NCBI GenBank assembly: GCA_965202985.1
Contig: CBDBCF010000001.1
Coordinates: 2,528,001-2,592,000, forward strand
From: Longimicrobiales bacterium
GTDB taxonomy: Bacteria; Gemmatimonadota; Gemmatimonadetes; Longimicrobiales; Gaopeijiaceae
DNA: 64,000 nt
Reading direction: 5' to 3'
Under the pieces are notes generated by a model. That model was not told the origin of the DNA. It saw only the letters and a program-made list of their open reading frames with translations, and did no database searches. The position numbers and the translations under genes were made by a program. Shown here piece by piece: positions 61,101 to 64,000 of this stretch. Each line of letters starts with the position of its first letter. Within the stretch, counting starts at the first letter, position 1.

Positions 61101-64000
61101 CACAAGGTGGACGGGGCGGCGACGGCGCCGACGGTGAACGCGGTGACGATCGCGAGCACGCCTGCGAGCGGGGACACGTACGGCGCGGGCGAGACGATCA
61201 CGGTGGAGGTGGGCTTCCAGATACCGGCGACGGTGACGGGGACGCCGCAGCTGGCGCTGACGGTGGGTTCGCAGACGCGGCAGGCGGGGTACGCGAGCGG
61301 GAGCGGGACGAAGACGTTGACGTTCAGCTACACGGTTCTGGCGACGGACGCGGATTCGGACGGGATCGGCGTCGGCGCGAGCGCTTTGGCGTTGAACGGC
61401 GGGACGATCCAGAGCGGAGCGGGGACGAACGCGGCGCTGGGTTTGGGCACGAACGCGATCGCGAACGCGAGCAGCCACAAGGTGGACGGGGCGGCGACGG
61501 TTCCGGCGGTGAACGCGGCGACGATCGCGAGCACGCCTGCGAGCGGGGACACGTACGGCGCGGGCGAGACGATCTCGGTGGAGGTGGGCTTCCAGATTCC
61601 GGCGACGGTGACGGGGACGCCGCTGCTGGCGCTGACGGTCGGCGCCTCGACCGTCCAGGCCCAGTACGTTCGGGGAAGCGGCTCCGGGACGCTCGTCTTC
61701 GAGCACGTCGTGCAGGCCGCGAACGTGGACGCGGACGGGATCAGCATCGGCGCGAGCGCGTTGACCTTGAACGCCGGCACGATCCGGAGCGGAGCGGGGA
61801 CCAACGCGGTGCTGGGCCTGGGCACGAACGCGATTGCCAACGCGAGCGGTCACAAGGTGAACGGCGCCACGGCCACTCCGCCGACGGTGAGCGCGGTCGC
61901 CGTCGCCAGTTCGCCGGCGAGCGGGGACACCTACGGCGCCGGCGAGCGGATCGATGTGACAGTCGGCTTCGACATCGCAGTGGACGTGACGGGCGCGCCG
62001 CAGCTGGCGCTGACGATCGGCGCCCAGACGCGCCAAGCGGCGTACCGAAGCGGCGGCGGGACGCGAACCCTCGCCTTCGAGTACGTGGTGCAGTCGGCGG
62101 ACGCGGACAACGACGGCATCGGCATCGGCGCGAGCGCGCTGGCGCTGAACGGCGGCACGATCGGCAGCAGCTTCGGCGCGTCGGCGGTGCTGGGTCTGGG
62201 CACGAACGCGATAGCCAACGCGAGCGGCCACAAGGTGAACGGCGCCACGGCAACGGTTCCGACCGTGAGCCGGGCGGCGATCGCCAGCGCTCCCGCAACC
62301 GGAGACACGTACGGCGCCGCCGAAGCGATCACGGTCGAGATCACGTTCACGACGCCTGTGACGGTGACGGGCGCGCCGCAGCTGGCGTTGACGATCGGCG
62401 CCCAGACACGGCAGGCGTCCTACGCCGCCGGAAGCGGCGACAAGACGCTCTCGTTCGCCTACGCGACCACGGTGGCGGATGCCGACAGCGACGGGATCGG
62501 CGTGGGCGCGAGCGCGCTGGCGCTGAACGGCGGGACGATCCGGAGCCAAACGGGGACCAACGCGGCGCTGGGGTTGGGCGCGCACACGATCGCCGACGCG
62601 AGCGGCCACAAGGTGGACGGGACGACGACGGTGCCGGTGGTGAACGCCGTCGCGATCGCCAGCTCTCCGGCGAGCGGCGACACCTACGAGATCGGCGAGA
62701 CGATCACGGTCCAGGTGGGCTTCCAGATCGCCGTCACGGTGACCGGGACGCCCCAGCTGGCGCTGACGATCGGGACCCGGACGCGGCAGGCGTCCTACGC
62801 CGCGGGAAGCGGTGCGGACTCGCTGACGTTCAGCTACACGGTGGAAGCCGGCGACTCGGACTCGGACGGGATCGGCGTGGGCGCGAGCGCTCTGTCGCTG
62901 AACGGCGGCACGATCCGGAGCGGGACGTCGACCAACGCGGCCCTGGGGCTGGGCGCGCACGCAATCGCGAACGCCGCCGCCCACAAGGTGGACGCCAGCC
63001 AGGGTCCGCCGGGCGTCGCCGGCTTGGTCTTGGGCTCGCCGCCGGTGGGCGACACCTTCGAGCGGGGCGACACGATCGTTGCGATGGTGACGTTCAACAA
63101 GGCCGTGGACGTGACGGGCGCGCCGCAGCTGGCGCTGACGATCGGCGCGGTCGTGCGCCAGGCTGCGTACGCCGGCGGCACGGGCACGGCGTCGCTGGTC
63201 TTCCGCTACGTGGTGGCGTCGTCGGACACGGACGCCGACGGGTTGAGCGTCGGCGCGAGCGCGCTGGCGCTGAACGGCGGCACGATCCGGCTCGCAGGCG
63301 GCACGACCAACGCGCTGCTGGGCCTGGGCAGCCGAGCGGTGACCAACAGCGCGGGCCACAAGGTGGCGGGCGGCGCGTTGAGGGCGCCTGCGGTGACGGG
63401 CGTCGTGCTTGTCGGTAGCCCCGACAGCGCATCGACCTACGGCCTCGGCGAGGAGATCACGGTCCAGGTGACGTTCGGCCGCCCGGTGAACGTGAGGAGG
63501 ACGCCGCGGCTGGCGCTGACGATCGGAGCCCAGTCCCGCCAGGCGAACTTCGTCTTGGGCTCGGGCACGGCGACGTTGACGTTCCGCTATGTCGTGGCGT
63601 CGTCGGACGCGGACGCCGACGGGCTGAGCATCGGGGCGACCGCGCTGACGCTGAACGGCGGCACGATCGTGGACTTGCGCGACGGAGCCACGGCCGCCGC
63701 GCTCGGCTTGGGCGCGAACGCGATTGCCGACGCCGCGGGCCACAAGGTGGACGGCAGCATGGAGAAGGCCCCGGCGGTGGTCGGCGTGCAGATCGGGAGC
63801 ACGCCGGCGGACGGCACCACCTACAAGCGGTCGGAGAAGATCAGAGTTGAGATCGCCTTCGACCGGGTGGTGGCGGTGACCAACTCGCACCGTCTGGGGC
63901 TGGCGCTGACGCTGGGGACGCAGACGCGGCAGGCGAGCTACCTGAGGGGCACCAGAACGAAGACGCTGACGTTCGAGTACACGGTGCAGCCGTCGGACGC
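52161..64000 (+). CDS. Giant secreted repeat protein / adhesin (>3,900 aa, 3' end outside window)
   Basis: ATG 52161 overlapping the recN stop; signal peptide MMKHMPSVSAAVGLLWLLASPWGLEA; the same frame still encodes the repeat at the window end (..KTLTFEYTVQPSD) and the ORF track lists no closed ORF in this frame. Confidence 0.88.
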   Translation, partial: MMKHMPSVSAAVGLLWLLASPWGLEARGASGEDRGGPAEEAGGAQQGNAPVVSDVYFTTTPTHDSTYERGEPITVRVVFDRAIVVTGSPQLAMTMGSTTRPFYHLAVGSNYIDFNDYTESTDHDLDGISIGASALTLNGGTITSSDGTNAALGLGTHAITNDPARKVQGGRRSAPRVASVTFITDAGSDSTYTFGDEIEVVVRFDRAVVVNRHVTVSGRPQLALTVGSQTRQARYEVQPGPTSNILWFSYFVQASDSDANGISIGANALTLNGGTLTLLGYSPVSAILGLGTHAVTNAAAHKVDGSRGTKVTGVSISSPSSSDSTFKGADRIKATVTFSAAVDVASTRPVLSLGIGSATRQASYARGGGTSSLEFEYTVSSSDSDANGISIAADALCCDGRVLVVGQGTTRAALGLGSHAISNSAAHKVDGSVAGAPVVTDVQFTTTPASDSTYEVGELIGVRVFFDRSFALTGRPQLALTFGSGTGQMSPTGWGGSAISFDYYLRATDVDTDGISIGANALTLNGGTITSSDRTTNAELGLGTHAIANDPAQKADGRRATAPTITDAYIHTSAGSDSTYAVSEEITMWVVFDRGVVMTGEPQLALTIGSQTRYASYSGPTPTAARRDFYFRYFVQASDRDADGLSVGPALVLNGGTIKVAGDTVNANLALGAHAIANAAAHKVDGSMGTGVTGVSISSPSSSDSTFKAGDWIEVTVTWNRAVDVNLSSPPRMVLGIGLLDRAARYARGHGTSSLVFRHPVQRSDLDLDGISIAAGALTNWGRGRIFAAGTRTQAGLGLGAHAISNSAAHKVDGRRVGAPVVSNVRFTSTPASSDSTYHLGERIHVEVLFDRSISYTGTPQLALWVGAATRYAALSSASLRGSLVFTYDVQASDSDPDGVSIGVNALRLNGGTITARTDTTAANLGLGSQITNDGRHQVDGSQVTAPSVADVRITSSPASGSTYGLGEQIEVAVDFDRPVVVTGEPIVTLLIGAEFPAARYHCPGCTGGATTLNFRHTVRAVDRDSDGLSLHNNSLARSIGTINLAANGTTAANRSFGAHAVSNVAAHKVDGSRAPVPAATAVQILSSPPADQTYELGEEIAFRVSWNRAVAVTGTPQLAVTIGSRTRQADYYESASGTRTHFRYKVQASDVDADGISVATNALTLNSGTINDAVNDSAAALTLPRAIPNTLSHKVNGGRTTRPSVSALSLNSTPDFTFTLGDRIVVTVRWDRTVAVTGTPRLALTIGTQTRQAEYASGTGTNALAFHYTVAATDVDTTGISIGASALTLNGGTIKHVGSSAVDANLGLGTHAITNSARHKVDGSQVSIIMRGVGVSGLSCPETGDTCELGDRILVFGLWTDSNRRRIVGIDVTGTPQIAIAVGAQTRYANYDAVKTVELGTSGPGVVYFSYFVQPADRDTDGIHIPPNGLRLNGGTIKVAGSQRDAPLKHAGSPVATDTKVNGGSLTAPSARSVRIVSSPASGDTYGFFENIRVRVEFSRAVAVTGTPRLALAIGSQTRQASYASGTGTEFLEFGYRVQVSDADADGIGVGANALTLNGGKIALQGDTATNASLALGHHAIANAAAHKVDASQGAPGVGGLVLGSPPVGDTFERGDTIAATLTFNRAVDVTGTPQLALTIGATTRQAAYVSGTGTASLVFRYVVVQADADADGLSIGASALALNGGTIDAAGGTTDARLGLGSHAVANSSGHKVAGGTFTAAAVSGVSITSSPASDSTYGFDEVIEVQATFNRRVTVTGTPQLALTIGTQTRQANYTSGTGTASLTFRYTVMAADADSTGVGIGASALALNGGGIADARDGSTAASLGLGANAIAAAAAHKVDGARGPPRVAGVAVGSPAVGDTFERGERIEVTVTFTKAVDVTGTPQLALTIGAATKQAAYASGTGTASLVFRYLVVQADADADGLSIGASALALNGGTIDEAGGTTDALLGLGSRAIANSSGHKVAGGTFTTPAVSGVTISSSPGVGDTYALAERIEVEVAFSRPVSVSGAPQLALTIGTQTRQAAYASGTGTTTLTFGYAVVAADSDTTGISIGASALTLNGGTINDVRSSATAASLGLGANAIANASGHKVIGTPAVPTVTGASVASSPASGDAYGAGETITVHIVFQVPVVVTGAPQLALTVGPETRQAALAGGSGTDTLAFSYTTVATDTDTDGIGVAASALALNGGTIRSGRGTDALLGLGAHAIANAAGHKVDGRATAPTVTAVRVASTPLFQVRNVGLYGRGETIEVQVGFSLPVRVTGAPRLALTIGAATRQAAYAGGSGTATLAFRYTVGQSDVDGDGIGVGASALTLNGGAIRSRAGASAALGLGSHAITAASGHTVDGQQGGGEPEVTGGSIVSRPGVGDSYGVGETIRLRVVFNELVAVTGTPQLGLEIGTATRLASYASGTGTTELEFRYTVQAGDKDDNGVAVPGTFTDLAGSISSVASGNSLDTSKEYERVKTADLVDHKVDAASDNRASIPMPNAVTISSSAGNDSTYAADDTISVQVGFTVAATVTGTPQLALSIGSATRQAAYASGSGTATLTFRYAVTDADADADGISIGDLALALNGGTIRSGSGAYATLTLGTHAISNAAAHKVAGTTTAPTVNAASVTSTPATGDTYGAAEKIAVQIGFRIPVVVTGAPQLALTIGTRTRQAGYAGGSGTRVLTFDYATVATDADANGIGVAAAALTLNGGTVRNWAGTNAVLGLGANAIANASGHKVNGAATVPAVNTLTIASTPASGDTYGAGETISVEVGFRIPATVTGAPQLALTVGAQTRQAGYASGSGTKTLTFSYEVAATDADSDGIGVGASALALNGGTIQSGAGTNAALGLGAHAIANAGGHKVNGVATVPTVNAVTIASTPASGDTYGAGETITVEVGFRIPATVTGTPRLALTVGAQTRQAEYASGSGTKTLTFSYEVVATDADSDGIGVGASALALNGGTIQSGAGTNAALGLGTNAIANAGSHKVDGAATAPTVNAVTIASTPASGDTYGAGETITVEVGFQIPATVTGTPQLALTVGSQTRQAGYASGSGTKTLTFSYTVLATDADSDGIGVGASALALNGGTIQSGAGTNAALGLGTNAIANASSHKVDGAATVPAVNAATIASTPASGDTYGAGETISVEVGFQIPATVTGTPLLALTVGASTVQAQYVRGSGSGTLVFEHVVQAANVDADGISIGASALTLNAGTIRSGAGTNAVLGLGTNAIANASGHKVNGATATPPTVSAVAVASSPASGDTYGAGERIDVTVGFDIAVDVTGAPQLALTIGAQTRQAAYRSGGGTRTLAFEYVVQSADADNDGIGIGASALALNGGTIGSSFGASAVLGLGTNAIANASGHKVNGATATVPTVSRAAIASAPATGDTYGAAEAITVEITFTTPVTVTGAPQLALTIGAQTRQASYAAGSGDKTLSFAYATTVADADSDGIGVGASALALNGGTIRSQTGTNAALGLGAHTIADASGHKVDGTTTVPVVNAVAIASSPASGDTYEIGETITVQVGFQIAVTVTGTPQLALTIGTRTRQASYAAGSGADSLTFSYTVEAGDSDSDGIGVGASALSLNGGTIRSGTSTNAALGLGAHAIANAAAHKVDASQGPPGVAGLVLGSPPVGDTFERGDTIVAMVTFNKAVDVTGAPQLALTIGAVVRQAAYAGGTGTASLVFRYVVASSDTDADGLSVGASALALNGGTIRLAGGTTNALLGLGSRAVTNSAGHKVAGGALRAPAVTGVVLVGSPDSASTYGLGEEITVQVTFGRPVNVRRTPRLALTIGAQSRQANFVLGSGTATLTFRYVVASSDADADGLSIGATALTLNGGTIVDLRDGATAAALGLGANAIADAAGHKVDGSMEKAPAVVGVQIGSTPADGTTYKRSEKIRVEIAFDRVVAVTNSHRLGLALTLGTQTRQASYLRGTRTKTLTFEYTVQPSD
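52305..64000 (+). repeat. About 30 complete plus 1 partial ~125-aa (~375-bp) Ig-like repeats with a DxDxDG motif
   Basis: HKV(D/N)G-like ends counted about 30 times; exact 375-bp period at 60351, 60726, 61101, 61476 and 61851; consensus GDTY..GE.I.V.V.F...V.VTG.PQLALTIG..TRQA.Y.SGSGT..L.F.Y.V...D.D.DGI.IGASAL.LNGGTI. Confidence 0.92.

Noticed and set aside
55131..63890. 2,919-aa minus-strand ORF (also 51378..55067 and 53639..56632)
   Set aside because: Shadow frames of the GC-rich repeat gene; Arg-rich with no domain features

Overview
High-GC bacterial chromosome segment. The gene order and content resemble Gemmatimonadota-like, possibly host-associated genomes (inference only). A housekeeping backbone (GT4-uppP-birA-coaX; CIRCE-groES-groEL; thrS; infC-rpmI-rplT-pheS-pheT-zapB-like-zapA; rny-folD-xseA-xseB-ispA-nadK-recN) is interrupted by accessory blocks. 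(i) An Rpn nuclease gene with an internal SD+ATG. (ii) An ~18 kb defence-rich island between groEL and thrS: helicase+DUF2290, a type I R-M operon with an HsdM-half-HsdS fusion and a MAD3/MAD4-like pair, and a tandem P-loop ATPase pair. (iii) Two separate loci, one between thrS and infC and one between zapA and rny, each combining a small secreted six-cysteine peptide (shared GGCD-x3-C start), a membrane-anchored thioredoxin-fold protein and exported 6-bladed beta-propeller (lipo)proteins. One locus has a tandem duplicate that kept the propellers and lost the peptide; the other has a near-perfect sigma54 promoter. (iv) SoxC plus a cytochrome c. (v) A giant secreted repeat protein (>3,900 aa, about 30 Ig-like repeats of ~125 aa) that runs off the window end and is absent from the ORF track. 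The peptide/thioredoxin/propeller module is the best candidate for an undescribed system. All family calls come from motif recognition by eye; no searches were run.
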